From contig NC_043016.1 in NCBI RefSeq assembly GCF_006345805.1, positions 16,988,001 through 17,052,000 of the forward strand: a DNA stretch of 64,000 nucleotides. The letters are read 5' to 3'. Below, piece after piece: positions 33,966-46,581 of the stretch (position 1 is its first letter; every line of letters begins with the position of its first letter). The position numbers were made by a program, and so were the translations under genes. This DNA comes from Octopus sinensis (Eukaryota). Below the pieces are notes generated by a model. That model saw only the letters and a list, made by a program, of their open reading frames with translations. It did not search any database and was not told the DNA's origin.

Positions 33966-34438
33966 ATATTTCGGAATGGTCATATTGCCAGTTTAGCCAA
34001 TAAAAACAACGCACTATATATTTGGTGTTATTTTGCTTCAGTGATATTTATTTTTTACATTAATCTTAATCTTATTTCGGCCAAAGTTCTTTCGTCACAC
34101 TCCTGTGACCGCATCAGTGTCCTTTTTTTCTTCTCACTTACTTGTGTCTCTCCTTACTAACCGTCAGCCATTTTGTATTTCTATTGTATGTCTTCATTTG
34201 CGCATGCTTATATCTCTATGTGCGTCTATGTTTATTTAGTGTGTGGGGGGGGATGCCTGTAATATTTGTATCTTCTGGTTATATACATTCTTGTAATTTG
34301 TATTTTGTTTTTGTTGTTGTTGCTTTTGTTCTAATTTTGTTCATGTGTTTACATCCACCCATTATTATCATTACATATGCTTGTATGTATGTATAACAAC
34401 AATATTAGTAATAATAATAATAAATCTAATCGACAGTA

Positions 34439-34663
34439 ACATACGTAGGGGAAACTGCAAGAAGCATTGGTGAGCGGGTGAATGAACATTGGAGACAACT
34501 CAAGGAAGGTAAAAGCTCATCGATTCTGTACCAACACGCCGAACAAGAACACGGGGGATCAATCAATAACATAGAGATTAAGATATTGTCCACACATAGA
34601 ACAGATGCAACAATTAGACAAATTACAGAAGCTACACATATAATAGAAAATAAACCTAGCTGA
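34439..34663 (+). pseudogene. GIY-YIG endonuclease C-terminal fragment of a Penelope-like element
   Basis: YVGET.R motif, EH, conserved R..EA..I...KP, followed by a disrupted LNR..EW ending. Confidence 0.85.
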
Positions 34664-35175
34664 ATAGAAACTAGAATGGAGCAATAGCGCACACCACAAC
34701 ATATGACAATAGTGGATCCTGCAAACATAATAAATACACAGGTAATTAAAGAAATAGAAATGAATATCTATATGTGTATGTATGTGTGTATATATGTATA
34801 TATATGTATATGTATATGTATATGTATGTATATATATATATGTATATGTATATATATATTTTTTTTTTCGATTAGATTTATTATTATTATTACTAATATT
34901 GTTGTTATACATACAAGCATATGTAATGATAATAATGGGTGGATGTAAACACATGAACAAAATTAGAATAAAAGCAACAACAACAAAAACAAAATACAAA
35001 TTACAAGAATGTATATAACCAGAAGATACAAATATTACAGGCATCCCCCCCCCCACACTAAATAAACATAGACGCACATAGAGATATAAGCATGCGCAAA
35101 TGAAGACATACAATAGAAATACAAAATGGCTGACGGTTAATAAGGAGAGGCACAAGTAAGTGAGAAGAAAACAAA

Positions 35176-35220
35176 GGACCACTGATGCGGTCACAGGAGT
35201 GTGACGAAAGAACTTTGGCC
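35176..35220 (+). ncRNA. Atypical hammerhead-like motif in the PLE pseudo-LTR (inverted copy at 34079-34122)
   Basis: GGACCA-CUGAUGCG-GUCAC-aggagu-GUGAC-GAAA-GAACUU-UGGCC. Stem II is perfect, the core is non-canonical (C in place of A9 plus an extra base), and stem III is only 2 bp. Confidence 0.45.
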
Positions 35221-35395
35221 GAAATAAGATTAAGATTAATGTAAAAAATAAATATCACTGAAGCAAAATAACACCAAATATATAGTGCGTGTGTTTTTAT
35301 TGGCTAAACTGGCAATATGACCATTCCGAAATATAACAATATCTGTTTCAACACACGACTTCACATAAAAAATCTTGCACAACAAATATTTAAAC

Positions 35396-35459
<64 letters not shown>

Positions 35460-35461
<2 letters not shown>

Positions 35462-35805
35462 ATGGGCTTTTTTCAGTTTCCGTTTACCAAATCCGCTCAC
35501 AAGGCTTTGGTGAGCCCAAGGCAATAGTAGAAGACACCAACCCATTGGGGCCACGCAGTGGGAGTGAACCCGGAACCATGCGGTTAGTAAGCAAGCTACT
35601 TACCGCACAGCCACTCCTACACCTATATATATATATATATAGGACAGGCTTCTTTCAGTTTCCGTCTACCAAATCCACTCACAAGGCGTTGGTCAGCCCA
35701 AGTCAATAGTAGAAGACACTTGCCCAAGGTGCCACGCAGTGGGAGTGAACCCGGAACCATGCGGTTAGTAAGCAAGCTACTTACCACACAGCCACTCCTG
35801 CGTCA
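35460..35805 (-). mobile_element. SINE family A head units (2)
   Basis: Reverse-complement head units. Confidence 0.82.
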
Positions 35806-35978
35806 ATAGGCTAACAAACTCTACAAAGTAAATTCAACAGAAACAGCAGTGAAAAAAAAAGTTTGAAAGAACCTAAGGCCCTGTTATAGAATAAATGAGA
35901 GAAAAAATGTATCGAAAAAGCGACAGCGTGAGTTACACCGAATCAATCGCAAACTGTTGCCATTAATAATATATTAAA

Positions 35979-36488
35979 TCTATATATATAAAACTGTAGT
36001 TGTGTGAGTGTCTGTCCCCTTCGATTTAGATTCCTAACTACTCCCACATTTTGCGGTGCAGTTTAACCAAATTCGGGTATCTTATAGTCGTGATTCATGT
36101 CGAGCCCGTCTGGGTATTAGCGCGCGTCTACGATGAGTCTACGATTTTAAAAATAATTTAACATCATTTTTTATTCCATTTTAATGCATAATCTTTCGTG
36201 TGTCAATGGCGGCGGAGTTGGCGTCCACGCTCACAGCTGCACCTGTTTGCTTCTCCCCCTTCCCTCCCTCGTGAAGCTGTGGGGAAGGGAGTGTAAGGAA
36301 ATCAACGTCGTAATGCGTTGTCAAGGAGACCAGCGTTCTTTTAGAACAACGACTTCATGGCTTGAAGACACCAAAACAGAAATGGCTAAGAAAGCCCGAA
36401 TTGGCATCTATAAGGGAAGTAACTCTCTAAAAATGCTTATACAGTTATTTCCCTTACAAACCCGAGCAACGCCGGGCGATACTGCTAG
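35979..36488 (+). mobile_element. Non-autonomous Helitron (family 2) with a ~220-bp foreign internal segment
   Basis: A|TCtatatatataaaactgtagttgtgtg ... cccgagcaacgccgggcgatactgCTAG|T. Confidence 0.82.
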
Positions 36489-36646
36489 TAAAAAATAGAA
36501 ATCCCTTTGCAACGACATCAAAGGAATCAACAATAACAACACAACAAAGGGATTGGAGTGAGAGACCCTTTTTTTAATTTTTGGTTGTTTGATTTTTTTT
36601 TTTGTTGGTTTTTGTTTTTGCAAGTGACTGAATAAACGCGATGACT

Positions 36647-37140
36647 AATCGATATATATAAAGCTGAGGTTGTCTGTGTGTGTATGGCAGGTTTGGTAGC
36701 ATTCAAATAACAGTATCTCCTCCGAGACCCTGCGGCGCAAGTTGACCAAAATTGAGAGTGTGATAGAAGAAGGCTTGCTCTTCATTCCGGAGAAGGTAAA
36801 ATTCAAATCAGACCATGTTAACACCAAAAATTATTTAGATTAAAAACCTGCTTTTTTTCTATGAAAATCCCTATTTTTTACTGCTCTTCATTCTGTAGTA
36901 AATAAAAAATTCAAATCGGACCATGTTAACACCAAAAATTATTTACATCAAAAGGGTGCTAGTTTTCTATAAAAATCCCCACTTTTTTGCTATTTATAAA
37001 GATGAAGTTGTCTGTGTGTGTGTGTGGCAGGTTTGGTAGCCTTCAACTAATACTATCTCCTCCGAGACCCTGTGGTGTAAGTTGACCAAAATTGAGAGTA
37101 TGATAGAAGAAGGCTTGCTCTTCATTACGTAGAAGAAAAA
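36647..37140 (+). mobile_element. Helitron family 3 5' fragments (2)
   Basis: atcgatatatataaagctgaggttgtctgtgtg...gatagaagaaggcttgctcttc is the reverse complement of the 5' parts of 43923-45940. Confidence 0.7.
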
Positions 37141-38710
37141 ATTGACATCTGCTGTTCAAAAGGAAAATATCCAAAAATGTTTTATAAACACATTCTACCA
37201 GTATACGAAGTTTAAAAGTGTTTAGTTAACCAGAAATTGTGTTGACATCTGCCGCTCAAAAGGAAAAGATCCAAAGATGTTTTATAAACACATTCTACCA
37301 GTATACGAAGTTTAAAAGTGTTTAGTTAACCAGAAATTGTGTTGAAATCTGCCGTTCAAAAGGAAAAGATCCAAATAATGTTTTCTTTTGACACATTCTA
37401 CCAGTATACGAAGTTTTAAAGTGTTTAGTTAATTAGAAATTGCGTTGAAATCTGTCTATCAAAAGGAAAAGATCCAAATAATGATTTCTTTTGACACATT
37501 CTACCAGAATACGAAGTTTAAAAGTGTTTAGTTAACTAGAAATTGTGTTGAAATCTGTCTATCAAAAGGAAAAGATCCAAATAATGTTTTCTTTTGACAC
37601 ATTCTACCAGAATACGAAGTTTAAAAGTGTTTAGTTAACTAGAAATTGTGTTGAAATCTGTCTATCAAAAGGAAAAGATCCAAATAATGTTTTCTTTTGA
37701 CACATTCTACCAGAATACGAAGTTTAAAAGTGTTTAGTTAACTAGAAATTGTGTTGAAATCTGTCTATCAAAAGGAAAAGATCCAAATAATGTTTTCTTT
37801 TGAAACATTCTACCAGAATACGAAGTTTAAATGTTTAGTTAACTAGAAATTGTGTTGAAATCTGTCTATCAAAAGAAAAGATCCAAATAATGTTTTCTTT
37901 TGACACATTCTACCAGTATACGAAGTTAAAAGTGTTTAGTTAACTAGAAATTGTGTTGAAATCTGTCTATCAAAAGGAAAATCCAAATAATGTTTTCTTT
38001 TGACACATTCTACCAGAATACGAAGTTTAAAAGTGTTTAGTTAACTAGAAATTGTGTTGAAATCTGTCTATCAAAAGGAAAAGATCCAAATAATGTTTTC
38101 TTTTGACACATTCTACCAGTATACGAACGTTTAAACAGAATTTTTAAAGTTTAGACTAGAAAATTGTGTTGAAATCTGTCTATCAAAAGAAAAGATCCAA
38201 ATAATGTTTTCTTTTGACACATTCTACCAGAATACGAAGTTTAAAAGTGTTTAGTTAACTAGAAATTGTGTTGAAATCTGTCTATCAAAAGGAAAAGATC
38301 CAAATAATGTTTTCTTTTGACACATTCTCTACCAGAATACGAAGTTTAAAAGTGTTTAGTTAACTAGAAATTGTGTTAAATCTGTCTATCAAAAGGAAAA
38401 GATCCAATAATGTTTTCTTTTGACACATTCTACCAGAAGAACGAAGTTTAAAAGTGTTTAGTTAACTAGAAATTGTGTTAAATCTGTCTATCAAAAGGAA
38501 AAGATCCAAATAATGTTTTCTTTTGACACATTCTACCAGAATAACTAAGTTTAAAAGTGTTTAGTTAACTAGAAATTGTGTTGAAATCTGGCTATCAAAA
38601 GGAAAAGATCCAATAATGTTTTCTTTTGACACATTCTACCAGTATACGAAGTTAAAAGTGTTTAGTTAACTAGAATTGTGTTGAAATCTGGCTATCAAAA
38701 GGAAAAGATC
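37141..38710 (+). repeat. AT-rich ~103-105-bp tandem repeat (~15 copies)
   Basis: Unit acattctaccagaatacgaagtttaaaagtgtttagttaactagaaattgtgttgaaatctgtctatcaaaaggaaaagatccaaataatgttttcttttgac. Confidence 0.93.
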
Positions 38711-38984
38711 CTACATTTATATAGACAAACGTGTGGGTCGTTCGTCCTTTTTACCACCATCTAACGGTGAATGGATACAACGTCTTAGATAGATATATGC
38801 ACATACAACATTATACATATATACAAGTCCACACATCATAGAGACACTTACACAAACTCACAAATATACGTATAATCTTAAAGTATACACACCGCTCATC
38901 CATTTCTACATACATATACATACAAAACCTATTACTCGGAGTGTTTATATATATACAGATACACACACATACAGACATATATAT

Positions 38985-39026
<42 letters not shown>

Positions 39027-39134
39027 ATATATACATATATATAATATATATATATAATATTATATATATATATATATATATAATTGTCTCTCTATATATA
39101 TATAATTGTAATATATTATATATATATATATATA

Positions 39135-39912
39135 CTCTTTTACTTGTTTCAGTCATTTGACTGCGGCCATGCTGGAGCACCGCCTTTAATCGAGGCAACA
39201 CGACCCCGGGACTTATTCTTTTTGTAAGCCAATTACTTATTCTATCGGTCTTTCTTGCCGAACCGCTAGGTATCGGGGACATAAACACACCAGCATCAGT
39301 TGTCAAGCAATGCTAGGGGACAAACACAGACACACAAACACACACACACGCATAATATATATATATAATATATATATATTATACATATATTACGATGGGC
39401 TTCTTTCAGTTTCCGTCTACCAATCCACTCACAAGGCTTTGGTCGGCCCGAGGCTATAGCAGAAGACACTTGCCCAAGGTGCCACGCAGTGGGACTGAAC
39501 CCGGAACCATGTGGTTGGTAAGCAAGCTACTTACCACACAGCCACTCCTACACCTATATGTATACATATATACGATGGGCTTCTTTCAGTTTCCGTCTAC
39601 CAAATCCACTCACAAGGCTTTGGTCGGCCCGAGGCTATAGTAGAAGACACTTGCCCAAGGTGCCACGCATTGGGACTGAACCGGAACCATGTGGTTGGTA
39701 AGCAAGCTACTTACCACACAGCCACTCCTACACCTATATGTATACATATTACGATGGGCTTCTTTCAGTTTCCGTCTACCAAATCCACTCACAAGGCTTT
39801 GGTCGGCCCGAGGCTATAGTAGAAGACACTTGCCCAGGTGCCACGCAGTGGGACTGAACCCAGAACCATGTGTTTTGGTAAGCAAGCTACTTACCACACA
39901 GCCACTCCTACG
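39135..39912 (-). mobile_element. SINE family A, full copy plus two extra head units
   Basis: Reverse complement of the consensus. Confidence 0.87.
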
Positions 39913-39929
39913 CCAAATCATCATCCTCT

Positions 39930-41035
39930 TTTCAATTTGTAACCAAAATCAAATTCTAAGCGGAATTCCTTGCTCTGTTGCTCACGCGAACAAGAGAGAG
40001 AGAGTGATTCACATTTTGATAGCATTGCAGACAACCTGTCGAATAAATCACAGATGTCTGTGGAAACGAAGGTTCGGGTAAGGGCTGGCGAATGGATGAT
40101 CTGCTAAGAAAGGAATTCACCAGCGTGTATGGCCTGGGGGAGACTGTATTTCATCGTATGTATCGGACGAATTTCGTTCTATGTTTAGGAATTTTTTATG
40201 ACACATACGCAGGAGTGGCTGTGTGGTAAGTAGCTTGTTTACCAACCACATGTTTCCGGGTTCAGTCCTACTGCGTGACACCTTGGGCAAGTGTCTTCTA
40301 CTATAGCCTCGACCCGACCAAAGCCCTGTGAGTGGATTTGGTAGACGGAAACTGAAAGAAGCCCATCGTATATATATATATAGGTGCAGGAGTGGCTGTG
40401 TGGTAAGTAGCTTGTTTACCAACCACATGTTTCCGGGTTCAGTCCCACTGCGTGGCATCTTGGGCAAGTGTCTTCTACTATAGCCTCGGGCCGACCAAAG
40501 CCTTGTGAGTGGATTTGGTAGACGGAAACTGAAAGAAGCCCGTCGTATATATGTATATATATATCCGTGTGTGTGTTTCTGTGTCTGTGTTTGTCCCCCT
40601 AGCATTGCTTGACAGCCGATGCTGGTGTGTTTACGTCCCCGTCACTTAGCGGGTCGGCAAAAGAGACCGATAGAATAAGTACTGGGCTGACAAGAATAAG
40701 TCCCGGGGTCGATTTGCTCGACTAAAATGCGGTGCTCCAGCATGGCCGCAGTCAAATGACTGAAACAAGTAAGAGAGAAAGAGAATTGAACGAAATTTGT
40801 TCCGATACATTCGATGAAATACCCTCTCCCCCAGGCCATAAAAACTGGCGAATACCTTTCTTAGCAGGTCATCTAGACGCCAGCACTTACCCTAACCCTT
40901 CTGCACACAGACATCTGTGATTTATTCGACAGGTCGTCTGCAATGCTATCAAAATGTGAATCACTCTCTCTCTTGTTCGCGTGAGCAACAGAGCAAAGAA
41001 TTCCGCTTAAAATTTGATTTTGGTTACAGATTGAA
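39930..41035. mobile_element. Foldback element with ~255-bp inverted arms, interrupted centrally by SINE A (40205-40775)
   Basis: 39930-40190 (ttcaatttgtaaccaaaatcaaatt...cacagatgtctgtg...) is the reverse complement of 40785-41035 (...cacagacatctgtg...aatttgattttggttacagattgaa). Confidence 0.78.
40205..40775 (+). mobile_element. SINE family A, head unit plus full copy
   Basis: Matches the consensus. Confidence 0.87.
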
Positions 41036-41269
41036 CAGAGCCAGATGAGCTGGCTTCATTTTGCATTATTAAATACCTCCACCATGTCTCTCTCTGTTTA
41101 TATTTTTTGTTCTTTTCTGCTAGAAAAGGCAGGATTTATTTCTTTCTTGCATACTTTTCAGGGTGAGTCACATTATCAAAATCCTATTTGTAATTTTGGA
41201 CGATTTACAGATGCCTCATCATCTCTCTCTCTCTCTCACTTGTTACACATCTTACTTGTTACACATCTT

Positions 41270-41990
41270 ACAGACAAACGGATTAAGTCGATTAAATCGA
41301 CCCCAGTCCGTAACTGGTACCTATTTAATCGACCCCGAAAGGATGAAAGGTAAAGTCGACCTTGGCGGAATTTGAACACAGAACGTAACAGCAGACGAAA
41401 TGCCTATTTCTTTACTACCCACAAGGGGCTAAACAAGGATAGGCAACGGGATTAAGTCGATTATATCGACCCCAGTGCGTATCTGGTACCTATTTAATCG
41501 ACCCCGAAAGGATGAAAGGCAAAGTTGACATCGGCGGAATTTGAACTCAGAACGTATAGACAGACGAAATACCTATTTCTTTTCTACCCACAAGGGAATA
41601 AACACAGAGAGGACAAACAAGGACAGACAAATGGATTAAGGTGATTACATGGACCCCAGTAGGTAACTGGTACTTATTTAATCGACCCCGAAAGGATGAA
41701 AGGCAAAGCCGACCTCGGCGGAATTTGAACTCAGAACGTAACGGCAAACGAAATACCTATTTCTTTACTACCCACAAGGGGCTAAACACAGAGTGGACAA
41801 ACAAGGACAGACAAACGGATTAAGTTGATTACATCGATTCCAGTGTGTAACTGGTACTTATTTAATCGATCCCGAAAGGCTGAAAGGCAAAGTCGACCTC
41901 GGCGGAATTTGAACTGAGAACGTAACGGCAGATGAAATACCTATTTCTTTACTAACCACAAGGGGCTAAACACAAAGGAGACAAACAAGG
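41270..41990 (-). mobile_element. SINE family B tandem ~180-bp 3' units (4-5 copies)
   Basis: Repeated gattaagtcga...gaaaggatgaaaggcaaagtcgacctcggcggaatttgaactcagaacgta, with the junction gacgaaatacctatttctttactaccc. Confidence 0.87.
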
Positions 41991-41994
41991 AAGG

Positions 41995-42731
41995 AAATTG
42001 GTTGTGTAGTTCTTTTTTGCCGATGACACTCCCCGGACCCTAAGTAAGGGATGTGTAAAAATTGAATGAAATTGGTTGTGTAGTTCTCAAGTTTTAGGGA
42101 ATCGTAGTCGAGAAGATATGATATTGCAAAGGGCTCGCCCTAGGCAAGAAGTTGAACATTTTTTTGCCGATGACACTCCCCGGACCCTAAGTAAGGCATG
42201 TGTAAAATTTGAATGAAATTGGTTGTGTAGTTCTCAAGTTTTAGGGAATCGTAGTCGAGAAGATATGATATTGCTGTGGGCTCGCCCTAGGCAAAAAGTT
42301 AAAAAGTTTTTGCCGATGACACACCCCGGACCCTAAGTAAGGCTGTGGGCTCGCTTTATGCAAAAAGTTTTAAATATTTTTTGCCGATGACACTCCCCGG
42401 ACCCTAAGTAAGGCATGTGTAAAATTTGAATGAAATTGGTTGTGTAGTTCTCAAGTTTTAGGGAATCGTAGTGGAGAAGATATGATATTGCTGTGGGCTC
42501 GCCCTAGGCAAAAAGTTAAAAAGTTTTTGCCGATGACACACCCCGGACCCTAAGTAAGGCTGTGGGCTCGCTTTATGCAAAAAGTTTTAAATATTTTTTG
42601 CCGATGACACTCCCCGGACCCTAAGGAAGGCATGTGTAAAATTTGAATGAAATTGGTTGTGTAGTTCTCAAGTTTTAGGGAAACACACTGACAGACAGAC
42701 AGAAACACATTCTCAGTTTTATATATATAGA
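41995..42731 (-). mobile_element. Helitron-like element with internal tandem subrepeats
   Basis: Minus-strand start A|TCtatatatataaaactgagaatgtgtttctgtctgtctgtc, with repeats of gccgatgacactccccggaccctaagtaagg. Related sequence at 63215-63378. 3' end not identified. Confidence 0.55.
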
Positions 42732-42823
42732 TATTATCAGATTGTTTTAATGATAAATGTCAGAACCTAATTACAAAAATAAAATTTCGTTAATGAGAAA
42801 GCATAAAAAAAAATTCAGAAATA

Positions 42824-43545
42824 GGCGCTGGAGTGGCTGTGTGGTAAGTAGCTTGCTTACCAACCACATTGTTCTGGGTTCAGTCCCACTGCGTGACACC
42901 TTAGGCAAGTGTCTTCTACTATAGCCTCGGGCCGACCAAAGCCTTGTGAGTGGATTTGGTAGACGGAAACTAAAATAAGCCTGTCGTATATATGTATATA
43001 TATAGGTGAAGGAGTGGCTGTGTGGTAAGTAGCTTGTTTACTAATCACATGGTTCCGGGTTCAGTCCCACTGCGTGGCATCTTGGGCAAGTGTCTTCTGC
43101 TATAGCCTCGGGCCGCCAAAGCCTTGTGAGTGGATTTGGTAGACGGAAACTGAAAGAAGCCCATCATATATATATATATATATTTGTATATATAGGCGCA
43201 GGAGTGGCTGTGTGGTAAGTAGGTTGTTTACCAACCACATGGTTCCGGGTTCAGTCCCACTGCGTGGCACCTTGGGCAAGTGTCTTCTACTATAGCCTCG
43301 GGCCGCCAAAGCCTTGTGAGTGGATTTGGTAGACGGAAACTGAAAGAAGCCCGTCGTATATATATATATATATTTGTATATATAGGCGCAGGAGTGGCTG
43401 TGTGGTAAGTAGCTTGTTTACCAACCACATGGTTCCGGGTTCAGTCCCACTGCATGGCACCTTGGGCAAGTGTCTTCTGCTATAGCCCCGGGCCGCCAAA
43501 GCCTTGTGAGTGGATTTGGTAGACGGAAACTGAAAGAAGCCCGTC

Positions 43546-43626
<81 letters not shown>

Positions 43627-43840
43627 CTTGTGTGTCTGTGTTTGTCCCCCTAGCATTGCTTGACAACCGATGCTGGTGTGTGTATGTTCCCGTTACTTAG
43701 CGGTTCGGCAAAAGAGACCGATAGAATAAGTACTGGGCTTACAAAAGAATAAGTCGCGGGGTCGAGTTGCTCGATTAAAAAGGTGCTGCTCCAGCATGGC
43801 CGCAGTCAAATGACTGAAACAAGTAAAAGAGTAAAAGAGT
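42824..43840 (+). mobile_element. SINE family A array (4 heads; last copy full length)
   Basis: Matches the consensus. Confidence 0.88.
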
Positions 43841-43922
43841 ATGTATGTATACACACACATACACAAATACACACATTAATATTTAAATATACATATCTAT
43901 ATAACTATAGGCATATAAAATA

Positions 43923-45940
43923 CTAGCAGTATCGCCTGGCATTGCTCGGGTTTGCTTCGACCCTTTAGAATTGGAATTTTTGAAAAGTAAAATTTTGCAT
44001 TATGTAGCTTGTTATTCTCTTTAAGGGAACATTTTTCTGGTTGAAATACACCGAAAAATGGCGACGCAGCAGTAAAAAAATCGTAAAAAATAGGGATTTT
44101 CATAGAAAAAAAGCACCTTTTTGCTGTAAATAATTTTTGGTGTTAACATGGTCCGATTTGAATTTATTTTCTACGGAATGAAGAGCAAGCCTTCTTCTAT
44201 CATACTCTCAAGTTTGGTTAACTTGCGTCACAGGGTCTCAGAGGAGATAGTGTTAGTTGAAGACTACCAAACCTGCCACACTCACACAGAAAACTTCAGC
44301 TTTATATATATAGATTTTTCTGGTTGAAATACACCGAAAAATGGCGACACAGCAGTCAAACAATCGTAAAAAATAGGGATTTTCACAGAAAAAATGCATC
44401 TTTTGATGTAAAGATTGTTTGGTGTTAACATGGTCCGATTTTAACTTTTTCTTCTATAAAAGGAAGAGCAAGCCTTCTTCTATCATACTCTCAATTTTGG
44501 TCAACTTGTGCCGCAGGGTCTCGGAGGAGATGGTGTTACTTGAAGGCTACCAAACCTTCCACACATAGACAACTTCAGCTTTATATATATAGACTAGTAG
44601 TATCGCCCGGCCTTGCTCGGGTTTGTTTCGATCCTTTAGAATTGGAATTTTTGAAAAGTAAAAATTCTGCATTATGTAGCTTGTTATTCTCTTTAAGTGA
44701 ACATTTTTCTGGTTGAAATACACCGAAAAATGGCGACATAGCTGTAAAAAAATCGTGAAAAATAGGGATTTTCACAGAAAAAAAGCATCTTTTTGATGTA
44801 AAGAATGTTTGGTGTTAACATGGTCCGATTTTAATTTATTTTCTACGGAATGAAGAGCAAGCCTAATTCTATCATACTCACAATTTTGGTCAACTTGTGC
44901 CGCAGGGTCTCAGAGGAGATAGTGTTAGTTGAAGACTACAAAATCTTCCACACACACACAGACAACTTCAGCTTTATAAATAGTAAAAAATAGAGATTTT
45001 CAAAGAAAAAAAGCACGTTATTGATGTAAAGCATGTTTGGTGTTAACATGGTCCGATTTGAATTTTATCTTCTATAAAAGGAAGAGCAAGCCTTCTTCTA
45101 TCATACTCTCAATTTTGGTTAACTTGTGCCGCAGAGTCTCAGAGGAGATAGTGTTAGTTGAAGGCTACCAAACCTGCCACACACAGACAAATTCAGCTTT
45201 ATATATATAAACTAGCAGTATCGCCCGGCGTTGCTCGGGTTTGTTTCGACCCTTTAGAATTGGAATTTTTGAAAAGTAAAAATTCTGCATTATGTAGCTT
45301 GTTATTCTCTTTAAGTGAACATTTTTCTGGTTGAAATACACCGTAAAATGGCGACACAGCCGTCAAAAATCGTAAAAAATAGGGATTTTCAAAGAAAAAA
45401 GCACCTTTTTTACTTCAATGATTTTTGGTGTTAACATGGTCCGATTTGAATTTTATCTTCTATGAAAGGAAGAGCAAGCCTTCTTCTATCATACTCTCAA
45501 TTTTGGTTAACTTGCGCCGCAGGGTCCCGGAGGAGATAGTGTTAGTTGAAGGCTACCAAACCTGCCACACACAGACAACGTCAGCTTTATAAATAGTAAA
45601 AAATAGGGATTTTCATAGAAAAAAAGCAGGTTCTTAATCTAAATAATTTTTGGTGTTAACATGGTCCGATTTGAATTTTATCTTCTATAAAAGGAAGAGC
45701 AAGCCTTCTTCTATCATACTCTCAATTTTGGTCAACTTGCACCACAGGGTCTCGGAGGAGGATAGTGTTAGTTGAAGGCTAACATGGTCCGCTTCGAATT
45801 TTTTCTTCTACGGAACGAAGGCAAGCCTTCTTCTATCATACTCTCAATTTTGGTCAACTTGCACCACAGGGTCTCAGAGGAGATAGTGTTAGTTGAAGGC
45901 TACCAAACCTGCCATACACAGACAACGTCAGCTTTATATA
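43923..45940 (-). mobile_element. Helitron family 3 tandem cluster
   Basis: Minus-strand 3' ends cccgagcaa.gcc.ggcgatact.CTAG at 43923, 44594 and 45212. 5' ends TCtatatatataaagctgaag at 44314 and 44593. Confidence 0.82.
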
Positions 45941-45959
45941 CTCTGTTTATTTTTATTTT

Positions 45960-46530
45960 ACTCTTTTTACTTGTTTCAGTCATTTGACTGCGGCCATGCT
46001 GGAGCCCCGTCTTTAGTCGAGCAAATCGACCCCAGGACTTATTCTTTGTAAGCCCGGACTTATTCTATCGGTCTCTTTTGCCGAACCGCTAGGTGACAGG
46101 GACCTAAACACACCAGCATCGGTTGTCAAGCAATGCTAGGGGGACAAACACAGACACACACACATACATATATATATACATATATACGATGAGCTTCTTT
46201 CAGTTTCCGTCAACCAAATCCACACACAAAGCATTGGTCGGCCCGAGGCTATAGTAGAAGACACTTGCCCAAGATGCCACGCAGTGGGACTGAACCCAGA
46301 ACCATGTGGTTGGTTAGCAAGCTACTTACCACACAGCCACTCCTGCACCAATATACATATATACGACGGGCTTCTTTCAGTTTCCGTCAACCAAATCCAC
46401 TCACAAAGCATTGGTCGGCCTCGGGATATAGCAGAAGACACTTGCCAAAGATGCCACGTAGTGGGACTGAACCCGGAACCATGTGGTTGGTTAGCATGCT
46501 ACTTACCACACAGCTATTACTGTGCCTATA
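45960..46530 (-). mobile_element. SINE family A, full copy plus head
   Basis: Reverse complement of the consensus. Confidence 0.85.
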
Positions 46531-46581
46531 TGTATCGATTATACATATAAGAGTTACATATATGCACACACATTTATAATA

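Larger units (their letters stand above)
33961..35340 (+). mobile_element. Penelope-like retroelement remnant: inverted pseudo-LTRs flanking a GIY-YIG endonuclease fragment
   Basis: ~470-bp inverted arms 33961-34433 and 34868-35340, with the central peptide TYVGETARSIGERVNEHW...HAEQEH...IEIKIL...RQITEATHIIENKPS. Confidence 0.85.
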
